The translations under genes were made by a program, and so were the position numbers. Positions 6,704-17,046 of a stretch of DNA of 19,269 bases are shown piece after piece. The number at the start of each line of letters is the position of its first letter. Position 1 is the first letter of the stretch. This stretch comes from Pseudobdellovibrionaceae bacterium (GTDB taxonomy: Bacteria; Bdellovibrionota; Bdellovibrionia; Bdellovibrionales; Bdellovibrionaceae), in contig JBIKLL010000053.1 of the NCBI GenBank assembly GCA_044359815.1, forward strand, positions 1-19,269, written 5' to 3'. Below the pieces are notes generated by a model. It searched no databases. It was not told the DNA's origin and was given only the letters and a program-made list of their open reading frames with translations.

Positions 6704-8000
6704 GATCGCCTCCTCTTAAAGCTGGAGTGAACAGATCTCCGCGAACTTTGGATCTGCCCTCTTTCACAAAAAATTCAAATTCATCACGAAATTTGGAAAC
6801 AAAACTCAGTACTGGCAATGCCGCTGCATCTGAAAGCGCGCAGATAGTTCGCCCCTTCATATTATCAGCTACCTTTTCAAGTAATTCGATGTCTTGTAAC
6901 CGGCCGCGACCAGATAAAATAGAATGAGTGATTTTATTTAACCAACCCGTTCCTTCCCTGCACGGAGTGCACTGTCCGCAGGATTCATGATGATAAAAAT
7001 GCATCAAAACGCCCAGCAGATCGACCATACATTGAGAATCATCAATCACTATGATGGCGCCCGATCCCAGCATGGATCCCATTTGTGCCAAACATTCGTA
7101 ATCCAAAGTGGCCTTTTCAGCTTCGACAGCAGTTAATACAGGTGCAGATGATCCCCCTGGGATAACTGCTTTCAGTTTTCGTCCTGGTTTTAATCCACCA
7201 CCCAATTTATAAATCATATCCTTTAATGGATAGGCCAATACTGTTTCATAGTTGCCAGGTCTCATCACGTTTCCGCTTAATGAAAACAATTTTGTACCCG
7301 CAGATTTTTCAGTTCCAAATTTTTTGTAAGCAGCGGCACCGTCTTTGATTATCGGAACAACAGCCGCCAATGTTTCAACATTGTTTACAATTGAGGGCTT
7401 TCGCAAATAGCCCTGAATCGCCGGAAACGGAGGTTTCAGTTTTGGCTGGCCTTTTTTACCTTCGAGGGACGAAATCATTCCAGTTTCTTCGCCGCAAATG
7501 TAGGCGCCTGCTCCAGCATACACATCTAAATCAAAATCAAATCCGCTACCTAAAATATTTTTACCTAATAATCCTGCATCATAGGCTTCTTTTAAAGCGT
7601 TGCTGATGACTTCGATGGGGAAATTGTATTCACCACGGATGTAAATGTAACCTTTGTTTGATTTTATGGCGAAGGCCGAAATAATCATGCCTTCAATCAA
7701 TTGATGGGGAGCTCTTTCCATCATCATACGGTCTTTGTAAGTTCCGGGCTCGCCCTCATCAGCATTGCACAATAAATATCTGGGTTGGCCGTTGTCTGGT
7801 AAAAATCCCCACTTAACACCAGTCGCAAAACCCGCTCCGCCACGGCCCCTTAGGCCTGAGCTTTTGACTTCTTCAATAATCGCTTTGGGCTGCATCTTAA
7901 GTGCTTTTTTTAAAGTCTCGTAGCCACCTAATTTTTGATAGCCCTTGATGCCGATAAAATCTTCTTTGTCATAATGTTCTGATAAAAGTTTGGTTTCCAT
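6684..8000 (-). CDS. nuoF: NADH-quinone oxidoreductase subunit F
   Basis: SGLRGRGGAGF, CNADEGEPG, GAGAYICGEET, ESCGQCTPCREG...TICAL. Confidence 0.98.
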   Translation of the reverse strand: METKLLSEHYDKEDFIGIKGYQKLGGYETLKKALKMQPKAIIEEVKSSGLRGRGGAGFATGVKWGFLPDNGQPRYLLCNADEGEPGTYKDRMMMERAPHQLIEGMIISAFAIKSNKGYIYIRGEYNFPIEVISNALKEAYDAGLLGKNILGSGFDFDLDVYAGAGAYICGEETGMISSLEGKKGQPKLKPPFPAIQGYLRKPSIVNNVETLAAVVPIIKDGAAAYKKFGTEKSAGTKLFSLSGNVMRPGNYETVLAYPLKDMIYKLGGGLKPGRKLKAVIPGGSSAPVLTAVEAEKATLDYECLAQMGSMLGSGAIIVIDDSQCMVDLLGVLMHFYHHESCGQCTPCREGTGWLNKITHSILSGRGRLQDIELLEKVADNMKGRTICALSDAAALPVLSFVSKFRDEFEFFVKEGRSKVRGDLFTPALRGGDHAQMHH

Positions 8001-8473
8001 TATTTCAATCCTCGAATGATATTCATCGCTGATTCGTGTGTTAGATTTTCGTAGTACCTGTCATTGATTTGCATCATCGGAGCAGTCCCACAGGATCCCA
8101 AGCATTCAACCTTTGAAACCGTGTATCTGCCATCAGTAGTGACTTGATCAAAATCAACCTTCAGTTCCTTGACAATGTGATAGGCCAATTCTCTGCTGCC
8201 GTTCACTGCACAAGAAATATTGCAACACACTTGAATGTGATGTTTCCCGACAGGTTTTTGATTAAACATTGTATAGAATTTAAAAACTTCATTGATTTTT
8301 GCAGCTGGGATTTCCATGACTTTTGACAAATGGTCGATGACTTCTTGATTGACCCAACCTTTGTGTTCTTTCTGAGCAATGTAAAGCGCAGGAATAATCG
8401 CGGACTCTTTAGTCTCGTATCTTTTGAGTTCTTTTTGAACCGCAGTTAATCCTTCTTTTGAAAGTTCAAACAT
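8000..8473 (-). CDS. nuoE: NADH-quinone oxidoreductase subunit E
   Basis: FYTMF..PVGKHHIQVCCNISC...VECLGSCGTAPMMQIND ([2Fe-2S] N1a). Confidence 0.97.
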   Translation of the reverse strand: MFELSKEGLTAVQKELKRYETKESAIIPALYIAQKEHKGWVNQEVIDHLSKVMEIPAAKINEVFKFYTMFNQKPVGKHHIQVCCNISCAVNGSRELAYHIVKELKVDFDQVTTDGRYTVSKVECLGSCGTAPMMQINDRYYENLTHESAMNIIRGLK

Positions 8474-8483
8474 TTAAATTCTC

Positions 8484-10166
8484 CTACCTATCCAACTCAC
8501 CAGCGATCACATTCATACTGGCCACAGTTGCAATTGCATCTGCCAGCATAGCGCCTTTAACCACTGTTGGAAAACTTTGATAAATTGCAAAACAAGGTGG
8601 CCGCACCTTTAACCGATAGGGATTGGCACTGCCATCACTGACTAAATAAAATCCCAATTCGCCATTGGCGGCCTCGGTGGCGTCATAGACTTCACCGATC
8701 GGTGGACGCAAGCCCTTGATGACCAACATAAAATGATTCATCAAACCTTCGATGTTTCCGTAAACATCTTTTTTCTCGGGCAATACAATGCCTTTATCGC
8801 GGATTGTGTAATCACCACTGGGCATGTTTTTACAAACCTGTTCAACGATTCTGATCGATTGTCGCATTTCTTCAACGCGAACTAAATACCTGTCATAGAT
8901 ATCGCCATTGGTTCCTACTGGAATTTCAAAATCCAATTTGTCGTAGCCATAATATGGAGTTAATTTTCTTAGGTCTAATCCAACACCGCAGGCTCTTAAC
9001 AAAGGACCTGTGTATCCCCATTGAATCGCATCGCTGCTGTTGACCGGGCACACGCCTTGGGTTCGCTTGATAAAGATTTTGTTTTCAATCATTAGCTTTG
9101 TGATTTCATCGACACCGGCACGCATTTCTTTGCAAAATGCTAAAACCTCATCAAACCAACCAGCTGGTGCATCCTGAGCCATGCCCCCGATTCGAGTCAT
9201 TGATACCGTCAAGCGGGCTCCGCACAGTTTTTCAAACAAAGTATAAACTTTTTCTCGGTAAGTGAATAAATGGAAAAAAGAAGTCAACGCCCCTAAATCC
9301 ACACCGCCCGTACCCACGGCAATAATATGATCAATGATTCTGGATAATTCACACAGCAAAACCCTCATGGCCTGAGCTTTTGCTGGAATTTCAACACCCA
9401 ACAGTCTTTCAACGGCTTTGCAGTAGCCCACGTTGTTCATAGGTGCTGAACAATAATTTAATCTGTCGGTATACGGAATCACCTGATTATAGGGATGAGT
9501 TTCCGCCATTTTTTCAAAACATCTGTGCAGATAACCAATTTCGCAGGCCGCTCTGACCACAGTTTCGCCATCCAGTTCAGCCATCACCCTTAGGGTTCCA
9601 TGCATTGCTGGATGAGATGGTCCCACATTCAGTGGCACCATATTTGGATTTAAAACTGAGCCGTCAACACCGTCTTCGTTGTCAAAATGAATGGGCAGAG
9701 TTTGTGTGCAATGTTGCTGTTGATCAGCTTCGTAGTCCTTGCGCAGTGGATGTCCAACAAATTGATGATGGGTTAAAATTCTGCGTAAATTAGGATGACC
9801 TTTGAACACGATACCGAACATATCGTAGGCTTCGCGTTCAAACCAATCAGCGCCTCGCCAAATCGGCAGTGCGCTTTCTATCGATTCACCCTCTGCCAGG
9901 GCAACCTTCACGCGGATTCTGGAGCCGTCTGCAGAATTAAACAAATGATAGACAACTTCAAAAGGCTTTTCGCGATCCGGATAATGGGCCCCGCAAACAT
10001 CCATCAAAAAATTAAATTTAAAATGGTTTTTCAAAAATCCCAGCACCTGCCTGATTTCGGTTTTTGGCACAGTTAAAACTGTGTCCCCGACTTGTTCCAG
10101 CAGTGAAAAAGAATTTCCAGAAAATTTTTGATTGAGTTCTTTTTTAATGGTTTCAAGATTATTCAT
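8484..10166 (-). CDS. nuoCD: Fused NADH-quinone oxidoreductase subunit C/D
   Basis: NuoC part: [30 protein letters not shown]. NuoD part: [27 protein letters not shown]-terminal GELDR. Confidence 0.97.
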   Translation of the reverse strand: MNNLETIKKELNQKFSGNSFSLLEQVGDTVLTVPKTEIRQVLGFLKNHFKFNFLMDVCGAHYPDREKPFEVVYHLFNSADGSRIRVKVALAEGESIESALPIWRGADWFEREAYDMFGIVFKGHPNLRRILTHHQFVGHPLRKDYEADQQQHCTQTLPIHFDNEDGVDGSVLNPNMVPLNVGPSHPAMHGTLRVMAELDGETVVRAACEIGYLHRCFEKMAETHPYNQVIPYTDRLNYCSAPMNNVGYCKAVERLLGVEIPAKAQAMRVLLCELSRIIDHIIAVGTGGVDLGALTSFFHLFTYREKVYTLFEKLCGARLTVSMTRIGGMAQDAPAGWFDEVLAFCKEMRAGVDEITKLMIENKIFIKRTQGVCPVNSSDAIQWGYTGPLLRACGVGLDLRKLTPYYGYDKLDFEIPVGTNGDIYDRYLVRVEEMRQSIRIVEQVCKNMPSGDYTIRDKGIVLPEKKDVYGNIEGLMNHFMLVIKGLRPPIGEVYDATEAANGELGFYLVSDGSANPYRLKVRPPCFAIYQSFPTVVKGAMLADAIATVASMNVIAGELDR

Positions 10167-10704
10167 AAGGTGGTTTCCAATTGTCTTTCCAAGGCCGTGG
10201 CCCGCAGTCTTTGATCATTTTCTGAAGGGTCATCACTCCGTCCAAAACGGCTTCTGGAGTGGGAGGACAACCTGGAACGTAAACATCAACAGGGATGACT
10301 TTGTCACAGCCTTGCAGCACGTGATAGGCACGGTAAAATCCACCAGAGCTGGCACAAGCTCCCATTGAAATCACAAATTTGGGTTCAAGCATTTGTCTGT
10401 AGATACGAACCAATATCGGCGCCATTTTTTCGGTGATGGTTCCGGCCACTAATAACAAATCCGATTGTCTGGGTGAAAAACGAACAACCTCGGCACCAAA
10501 TCTGGCTAAATCATATTTTGGTCCCATCACTGACATTAATTCGATTCCGCAACAGGCGGTACCATAAGGCAATGGCCACAAGGCGTTTCGCTGCCCCCAT
10601 GCCATCAAGGCATCGAGCTTTGAAGTGAAGGCAAAAGACTTCGCCAGTTCTTCATCGGTTGATGTTTGCGAAACCTGTGATGATGACGTTGCAAGCTGAG
10701 ACAT
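10159..10704 (-). CDS. nuoB: NADH-quinone oxidoreductase subunit B
   Basis: [41 protein letters not shown] upstream. Confidence 0.98.
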   Translation of the reverse strand: MSQLATSSSQVSQTSTDEELAKSFAFTSKLDALMAWGQRNALWPLPYGTACCGIELMSVMGPKYDLARFGAEVVRFSPRQSDLLLVAGTITEKMAPILVRIYRQMLEPKFVISMGACASSGGFYRAYHVLQGCDKVIPVDVYVPGCPPTPEAVLDGVMTLQKMIKDCGPRPWKDNWKPPYE

Positions 10705-10879
10705 ATTTGCTCCGTGATTTTATGTATTACCGAAGTTTTGCAAGGTTTCTGTTTTCAGTCAAATTATCAAAATATTATCAATTTCCACAATAAATTTGTC
10801 ACCTCGCATTGAAAGACAATTTCAGTTTCATAGCTGGACTATGCGTGGTGCAATCTTCCAACGGCTAAGGAGGGGAAAA

Positions 10880-12361
10880 ATGCCAAAATCACCGTTAATG
10901 ATAATGAAAAGCATTTTAGTTGCAGCAATGATGCTAACACTAAATGCACAAGCTGACGATTTACTGATCAAGGTTAAAAAAGGAACTGCTGAAAAGATGG
11001 TTTCCAGATTTACTTTGCTAGGCAATACTCAGGCAGAAGCTTTGACTGACACATGGATCCACTTAAAGGGACCATCAATGCAGCAAATAAATCAGATGAG
11101 AGTCCAATTGGGCTCGGACAGCATTTTATATGTGCAGCCAAACTATAAGTTGGTGATGTACGGAAACTATAAATCTCAAGATCCAGTGATCAGATCCATG
11201 GCTCTTCAGAAAATGCAGGAAGTCAGTGGCGACAATCCAATAGATGATTTGTTTCCAAAGGCTGCAGACAATCCAGCAATTCCTGCTGCGCCATCTCAAT
11301 CAACTGGTTCAGATCCATTGATTAGCAGCCAATGGGGAATGTTGGACATTGGTGCCAGATCAGCTTGGAATGTTACCAAAGGTAACCCCAACATCGTTGT
11401 GGCTGTGATCGACACAGGTGTGGACTACACTCATGAAGATCTGTTGCCAAACATGTGGAGAAATCCAGGCGAATCAGGTAACTCAAAAGAAACCAACGGA
11501 ATTGACGACGACAAAAATGGTTACATTGACGACGTAGTCGGATGGGATTTTGCATATAACGACAGCAAACCTTACGATTTATCGACTTCAAACCCTTTTG
11601 AGTTAATCATCAGCGGTGGAAACCCAGGTCATGGCACACACTGCGCCGGTAACGTTGCAGCTCGTGGCGACAATGGCAAAGGTATTTCAGGAGTAGCTCC
11701 TAATGTTCGCATTATGGCTATCAGATTTTTGACTGAAAAAGGTCAAGGAACCACTGAAGGCGCGATTAAATCTATCAAGTACGCAGTCGACAATGGCGCC
11801 AAGGTTTTATCAAATTCTTGGGGTAGCGAAGGCGACGATCCCAAAGAAGGACAATTGAATCAAGCATTGAAAGACATCATCAAGTACGCTCAAGACAAAG
11901 GTGTTTTGTTTATAGCTGCTGCTGGTAATGGTCACCAAGGTGCTGGTTACAATAATGACACTGATCCACGCCCAGGAGTTCCTGCAAGCTATGATAACGA
12001 AAACATCATCAGCGTCGCAGCCTTGGATTCAAACAATCAATTGGGTTCATTTTCAAATTGGGGAGCGCGCACTGTAGACATTGGCGCACCCGGTGTGAAA
12101 GTGTTTTCAACTGTGCCTGGGAATCAGTATCAAGACACAGTGATCAATTTACCTGATTTCGGTTTGGTAGCGACATGGGATGGTACTTCAATGGCCACTC
12201 CTCACGTTGCTGGAGCTGCAGCTTTGTATTGGTCAGCTCACCCAGAAAAATCATGGAGTGAAGTCAAAGCGGCTTTGTTAAACACAGCTGCTAAAATCCC
12301 CGCGATGGCAGGAAAATCTGTCAGCGGAGGAAAACTAAATGTTGATGCTTTACTGAGATAA
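10880..12361 (+). CDS. Secreted subtilisin-like serine protease (S8)
   Basis: Catalytic triad motifs VAVIDTG, HGTHCAG, GTSMATPHVAG, oxyanion-hole AAAGN, and a Ca-binding-type NGIDDDKNGYIDD insert. Start re-assigned to ATG 10880 (AAGGAGGGG RBS, signal peptide ending AQA). Confidence 0.96.
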   Translation: MPKSPLMIMKSILVAAMMLTLNAQADDLLIKVKKGTAEKMVSRFTLLGNTQAEALTDTWIHLKGPSMQQINQMRVQLGSDSILYVQPNYKLVMYGNYKSQDPVIRSMALQKMQEVSGDNPIDDLFPKAADNPAIPAAPSQSTGSDPLISSQWGMLDIGARSAWNVTKGNPNIVVAVIDTGVDYTHEDLLPNMWRNPGESGNSKETNGIDDDKNGYIDDVVGWDFAYNDSKPYDLSTSNPFELIISGGNPGHGTHCAGNVAARGDNGKGISGVAPNVRIMAIRFLTEKGQGTTEGAIKSIKYAVDNGAKVLSNSWGSEGDDPKEGQLNQALKDIIKYAQDKGVLFIAAAGNGHQGAGYNNDTDPRPGVPASYDNENIISVAALDSNNQLGSFSNWGARTVDIGAPGVKVFSTVPGNQYQDTVINLPDFGLVATWDGTSMATPHVAGAAALYWSAHPEKSWSEVKAALLNTAAKIPAMAGKSVSGGKLNVDALLR

Positions 12362-12383
12362 TTTTTTTCAGTTGCATAGAACC

Positions 12384-12415
12384 AAAAAAGCCGCAGACCT
12401 CTGCGGCTTTTTTTT
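12384..12415. terminator. Bidirectional intrinsic terminator
   Basis: AAAAAA-GCCGCAG-acct-CTGCGGC-TTTTTTTT between the convergent protease and permease genes. Confidence 0.9.
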
Positions 12416-13802
12416 ATGCTTTGTGCGCAGTTGATCTGAAAAACAACCAATAGACCGGTAAACCCAGAGCAATAATTAAAAGACCCATTCCAGATTCGTT
12501 GGGTGCTGTGATTAATGTGTTAATCAATAACAGCACTGACAATGTGACAAACAATATCGGTATCACCGGATACAGTGGGACTTTGTAGGCTCGTTCGGCA
12601 TTTGGCATTCGCTTACGCAACAGCATGACTGCAACGCCATTCATCGCATAAAAAAGCCACGCACTAAAAACCACATAATCAGTCAGCTGATCAAAAGTTC
12701 CCGACAGTGCCAATCCACAGGCAATCAAACCCTGCACAATAATAGAAATCACTGGAGTCTTGGATTGACTGTGTATAAAAGCAAAAATTTTAGGAAAGGC
12801 TCCGGCTTCAGCCATGGCAAAGGGCACTCGCGCAGATGTCAGTATCGATCCATTCATCGCACCCAATGCTGATATCACAAAAGCCACTGACAGGACTGTG
12901 ATGCCTTGGTCACCCATAAATATTTTAACAGCTTTTGTGGCAACAGGCAGAGCTTCTGGAAAATTTTTAGAATTTGCCGACAAAATTTCGCTAACAGGCA
13001 AAGCCACGAAATAAGCTAAATTGACCAAACAATAAATTGCGATGCACGAAAACACTCCCAAAATCAGAGCGCGCGGAATGTTTTTCTGTGGGTCTTTGAC
13101 CTCGCCAGAAGCCATTCCTAAATTGTTCCAACCATCGTAGGCCCAAAGTGCTGCCAGCATAGCTGTACCAAAAGCTGACATCCCAGCGAATTCAGTTTGC
13201 AGATTAAAATTTTCTACCGATCCCCCTGACAAAAACAAAGCCCCAAAAATCAAACCACCAATTAAAAAAACTTTTAATATCGTTAAAAAAACTTGAAGCT
13301 TCCCACCAAATTTTACAGCCAAACAATTTAAAAAAGTAAAAACACAAATAAATAAAATTGCCATCGAAACTTTTGCCGAATCATTTGGGTAGGCAACCAG
13401 CGCCCCTAAAAAAGTTGCTGCACCCACAGAATAAGCCGCAATGGAGCCTGGCGAACCTATCCAAAATCTCATCCAGCCATATAAAAAACTGACAGCATTG
13501 CCGTAGGTTTTCTGCAGATAAATATATTCTCCACCCGCTTTTGGAAACAATGATCCTAATTCAGCGTAGGTCAGAGCCCCAGCTAATGACAATAACCCCG
13601 CAACCACCCAAGCCAGCATCACAACTGATGGTGACTGCACAGTCTGAGTCATGATTCCTGTTTTAAGAAAAACTCCAGTACCGATAATACTTCCCACGAC
13701 GATCGCTATGCATTCATTCAATCCTAAACTTCGAATCAATTTTGCTGATTCTGAATTTGCGGAACTGACATCATTCTTAAAAATATTTTTCTGATCGCTC
13801 AT
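12414..13802 (-). CDS. APC-superfamily amino-acid permease (LAT/SteT-like)
   Basis: GSIIGTGVF, YAELGSLFPKAGGEYIYL, LWAYDGWN, EVKDPQKNIPRA, RAYKVPLYP; about 12 hydrophobic segments. Confidence 0.94.
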   Translation of the reverse strand: MSDQKNIFKNDVSSANSESAKLIRSLGLNECIAIVVGSIIGTGVFLKTGIMTQTVQSPSVVMLAWVVAGLLSLAGALTYAELGSLFPKAGGEYIYLQKTYGNAVSFLYGWMRFWIGSPGSIAAYSVGAATFLGALVAYPNDSAKVSMAILFICVFTFLNCLAVKFGGKLQVFLTILKVFLIGGLIFGALFLSGGSVENFNLQTEFAGMSAFGTAMLAALWAYDGWNNLGMASGEVKDPQKNIPRALILGVFSCIAIYCLVNLAYFVALPVSEILSANSKNFPEALPVATKAVKIFMGDQGITVLSVAFVISALGAMNGSILTSARVPFAMAEAGAFPKIFAFIHSQSKTPVISIIVQGLIACGLALSGTFDQLTDYVVFSAWLFYAMNGVAVMLLRKRMPNAERAYKVPLYPVIPILFVTLSVLLLINTLITAPNESGMGLLIIALGLPVYWLFFRSTAHKA

Positions 13803-13864
13803 TATTTTCTCCTCAGATGATTTTTATGCTTTTACAGGCAAAAAAATAAAAATAAACAATTTAT

Positions 13865-13879
13865 TAAGACACTGTCTTA
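13865..13879. promoter_or_regulatory. Perfect dyad TAAGACA-c-TGTCTTA in a divergent promoter region
   Basis: 7-bp inverted repeat with a 1-nt spacer in the AT-rich intergenic DNA between the permease and the 13937 ORF. Confidence 0.35.
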
Positions 13880-13936
13880 TTTTTATCATTGCCTGTGGTC
13901 TGTAGGCTTTGTTTGAATGTCTAAAGAGGGGAAAAT

Positions 13937-14947
13937 ATGAAATTTTCATTGTTATTTGCATTTGCGAGCTTCCTAATCACCATCAATTTACAAGCCAGCA
14001 TCGGCAGTCAATCCAACGCAGAAGGGTTCAGTGCAAAGTTAACCGAGGCCAAACAGATTCTTGGTTTTTGCCAGCAGTACACAAATGAATTTGCAACCTT
14101 GGTAAAGTCTTGTTCAAAATACAGCGACAGAGCTGTGGAAGGCTTAACAACAGTGACCAATGATATTTGCATTTCACTGAAAAACAAAATTGCAGAATTT
14201 GAAAGCTTTCTGGGCAGTAGCGAATGCCACAGTCGCAGTCCCAATGTTTTTACTGAGATGTCCCGCAACCTAGGCAATTTGCAAACAGCTATGGCCGATG
14301 CCAGACAAAAAATCACCCAATACAAAGCCAGTTTGTTAAATATTGAAAACGTGCCATTCACAGGATCGCTGTCCCGGGAAATATTGATTGTTTGGGCCAT
14401 GGAAGTCACAAGCAAATATAACCTGTGCCCGATTCAAACCCTGGGCGAATCTGATCAATTGTTTTTTGGTCAAAGCAACGATGCCACTAAAATCTATTTC
14501 AGATGGAAACAAGCCTTGATGGGAACCAACCGATTGGAAAACGAAATTTTAGCTCGAGAAACCACAGCTAAAACAAAAATCGAAAGGGATCATATTGCCG
14601 AAATCAGAAAAATGATGAGCGGGACAGGATTAGCACTGGAAATTGGCCCCAATGGGTTGCGCACTACGAACACCAGAATTTCTTGGTCAGTATGGTTAAA
14701 TTCCAGAACCAGCGATGTGATGAACCAAGGTCGCTCAACATTGAGTGTGGCGGCTCAGAATGCGTGGCTGCAACAGTCTCGTAGAGGGTTTTTATTGAAT
14801 GTATCTGGCGCTTTGGCTGCTGAGGCAACCGAGCTAATGGATCAATCGCGAAATCGCAGTACCGAGGTTTTAAAGCTGTGCAAAAGCAAACCGCAAAATC
14901 TTGAGTACTATGACGAAGGCGAAGCCGATGATGGGATCTGGTACTAA
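13937..14947 (+). CDS. Secreted hypothetical protein (helical, 6 Cys, acidic C-terminus)
   Basis: 336-aa ORF with AGAGGGG RBS and signal peptide MKFSLLFAFASFLITINLQA. No recognisable motif. Confidence 0.85.
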   Translation: MKFSLLFAFASFLITINLQASIGSQSNAEGFSAKLTEAKQILGFCQQYTNEFATLVKSCSKYSDRAVEGLTTVTNDICISLKNKIAEFESFLGSSECHSRSPNVFTEMSRNLGNLQTAMADARQKITQYKASLLNIENVPFTGSLSREILIVWAMEVTSKYNLCPIQTLGESDQLFFGQSNDATKIYFRWKQALMGTNRLENEILARETTAKTKIERDHIAEIRKMMSGTGLALEIGPNGLRTTNTRISWSVWLNSRTSDVMNQGRSTLSVAAQNAWLQQSRRGFLLNVSGALAAEATELMDQSRNRSTEVLKLCKSKPQNLEYYDEGEADDGIWY

Positions 14948-14950
14948 AAA

Positions 14951-15228
14951 CCAGCTTGTCCTCTTGCCTGTATTTAATTTGAATTTTAAAAAATTATTTC
15001 TATGATTTTACACCTTGAGAATACATTTGCGAGCGCGCATGGCATATCTGGTGTTGAGTCATTTAATTTAGTTAGGAATATGATAATTTATTAATCATAT
15101 TCCTGGCTAAATTAAATGACTCAATACGAGAGATGAGCTTGCGGCCGTTAGCAAGTATTCTCAAGGTGTAAAATCATAGAAATAATTTTTTAAAATTCAA
15201 ATTAAATACAGGCAAGTGGACCAGATGG
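14951..15228. repeat. Long imperfect palindromic element, family A copy 2 (inverted relative to copy 1)
   Basis: Perfect 62-bp arms 14963-15024 / 15155-15216, extending to 74 bp with 3 mismatches. Inner stem 15054-15084 / 15094-15124 has two T/G mismatches. Core 14992-15187 aligns without gaps to the reverse complement of 4086-4281. Confidence 0.96.
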
Positions 15229-15234
15229 AAAAAT

Positions 15235-16209
15235 CTAGGTGGCTGAGGCTGGTTGGAAATTGACGCTGATGCCATCTGTGGCTTTAGGAACTGATGTTCC
15301 GTGAAACCTGATAAAATTGCCTTCAGGTACGTATTCCCATCCATTAACGTTGTCCTGGGCTACAGGGACTCCATTGACAATCACCGTGATCGAATCCACC
15401 AGTGGAACCTTGTCCAGAACAAAGTCCGTCATGATCTGAACAATTCTGGATCTGATATTTTCAGTGGCCATGGCCAAAGTTGATTCGCAAATGGATTCAA
15501 CTTTACCGCCAGAGTGGTTTGCAAGGGCCAGATATCTGAGCCCTGGTTCTTTGTAATCAGAAGTTGTCGATGAGGTACAAACCGAATCCAAGTTATCAAC
15601 GCCAATAAAATTTAAAATCCAATTTTGTTTGGCTGTTTTACCTGGTGGTTTTAAGGCATCCAAAAAGGCAATGTCGTCATTGTAAGATCCAGATGAATTG
15701 TCGTCTTCGCTGGTCATAGCGACAATCGCCAACAGCGCATCTGATCTCAGAAATCCAGCTCCCTCTGTGGCCAAATAGTTCGCTGACAAAGACTTTTTGA
15801 TTGATGCAATTCCCTGCTCGACATCGTGACCATCAGTGCCCGCATTGATTCTGGCTTGTAAAAGACTTTTCAGATTAGGCGTAGCTGCTGTCAAAAATTT
15901 TGGTGAAGTCCCCAAAAATTTTCCACCGTTTCCACCAGAGATCGAATCAGAGGTCACCACAGCAATATGATAATCCATCGCAAACTGGTTCAGTGAATCG
16001 ATTAAATCATTGGCTTGCGCTGCCAATCGATTTTGATAAAGATCCATTGATAATGAATTATCCACCATTATCAACACATCGACTTTATTGTTATAGGTCA
16101 CTGTTTGAGGAAAATTCTGCTGAGCGGGAGGAACTGCAAACTGTTGTTGGCTGCAAGCAAGCTGGATCAGACTTAAGGCTAGGATCAGGGTTGTGAAAAG
16201 CGTTCTCAT
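15235..16209 (-). CDS. vWA-domain lipoprotein (CglB-like gliding/adhesion lipoprotein type)
   Basis: Start at ATG 16209 (GGAG RBS). Lipobox ..IQLA-C, MIDAS DxSxS in KVDVLIMVDNSLSM, plus VVTSD, EQG, FLRSDALLAIVAMTSEDD, and a C-terminal beta-rich domain. Confidence 0.8.
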   Translation of the reverse strand: MRTLFTTLILALSLIQLACSQQQFAVPPAQQNFPQTVTYNNKVDVLIMVDNSLSMDLYQNRLAAQANDLIDSLNQFAMDYHIAVVTSDSISGGNGGKFLGTSPKFLTAATPNLKSLLQARINAGTDGHDVEQGIASIKKSLSANYLATEGAGFLRSDALLAIVAMTSEDDNSSGSYNDDIAFLDALKPPGKTAKQNWILNFIGVDNLDSVCTSSTTSDYKEPGLRYLALANHSGGKVESICESTLAMATENIRSRIVQIMTDFVLDKVPLVDSITVIVNGVPVAQDNVNGWEYVPEGNFIRFHGTSVPKATDGISVNFQPASAT

Positions 16210-16235
16210 AAGTTTCTCCATGAGGCATCCACCAA

Positions 16236-17039
16236 TTAAGCTGCTTTGTTGCGTTTTGCTTTTTTCGATTCAGTTTCGGCAAAATTGCGTATTGCCTGTT
16301 GCATACTCTGACTGATCGAAGTGAATTTCAGACCGTATTTAAAATAACCATTTGCGGATGGTGATACATTAATGACTGAACAAATCGCATTAAATGGAGG
16401 AACTCCATCACCCGGCTGAAAATGTAAAAACATAGTAGAGGCCATCGGAAATTCATCAGTCTGCAACACCACAGAGGCGCCGCCTTCTGAAATTTCGATT
16501 GAATTGCCTTTAAAAACATTCTTTTGATTGTGAACTAAAATCGAAGCCCCGTATTGTACACGAGCGTGCCTTCTGCGAAAGAAAGCTTCCGATGCCTGAT
16601 TGTTTTTGGAATTCTGTAAATCTCTGATAGCATCTGCTGAAAATTCTTTGACCTCTGAAAGCTTTTTCCATCCCGACATAGACTGGCGCCAAACGTATTC
16701 ATGGGCCTGGATTTTTCCGCTTTGTCTCATATTGACAATTTCCAGAAAACTAAAGGGTCCGTGACGGTTATCACCCTGTAACACAAACCATTCTTGTTCG
16801 TCTGGTGTCGATGGAATCCCGCCCTTTGCAGCTGTCTGTGGTGGTGCACTGGGAGCTTTCTGCTGTTTAAATTTTGCTGAAAACAATGGGTACTGCAAAA
16901 ACGTAACCCATTCCTTAGAATTTTCATCATAGATATAATCAGTCCACTCGTAAGTACCAGAACTTAATCTTTCAGTGATTTCTTTCTCACTCAAGGGACC
17001 TTGCTGCTGTTCATTGATGTAAACGTAATACTGACTCAT
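16236..17039 (-). CDS. Tandem GYF_2 (DUF4339) domains plus C-terminal PilZ domain
   Basis: YYVYINEQQQGPLS...YIYDENSKEW and WFVLQGDNRHGPFS...YVWRQSMSGWKKL (GYF_2). RRRHAR and EISEGG..YGLKF (PilZ RxxxR and D/NxSxxG-like motifs). Confidence 0.88.
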   Translation of the reverse strand: MSQYYVYINEQQQGPLSEKEITERLSSGTYEWTDYIYDENSKEWVTFLQYPLFSAKFKQQKAPSAPPQTAAKGGIPSTPDEQEWFVLQGDNRHGPFSFLEIVNMRQSGKIQAHEYVWRQSMSGWKKLSEVKEFSADAIRDLQNSKNNQASEAFFRRRHARVQYGASILVHNQKNVFKGNSIEISEGGASVVLQTDEFPMASTMFLHFQPGDGVPPFNAICSVINVSPSANGYFKYGLKFTSISQSMQQAIRNFAETESKKAKRNKAA

Positions 17040-17046
17040 ATGTACT

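Noticed and set aside
10796..10879. Longer TTG start for the S8 protease
   Set aside because: A strong RBS and signal peptide point to ATG 10880.
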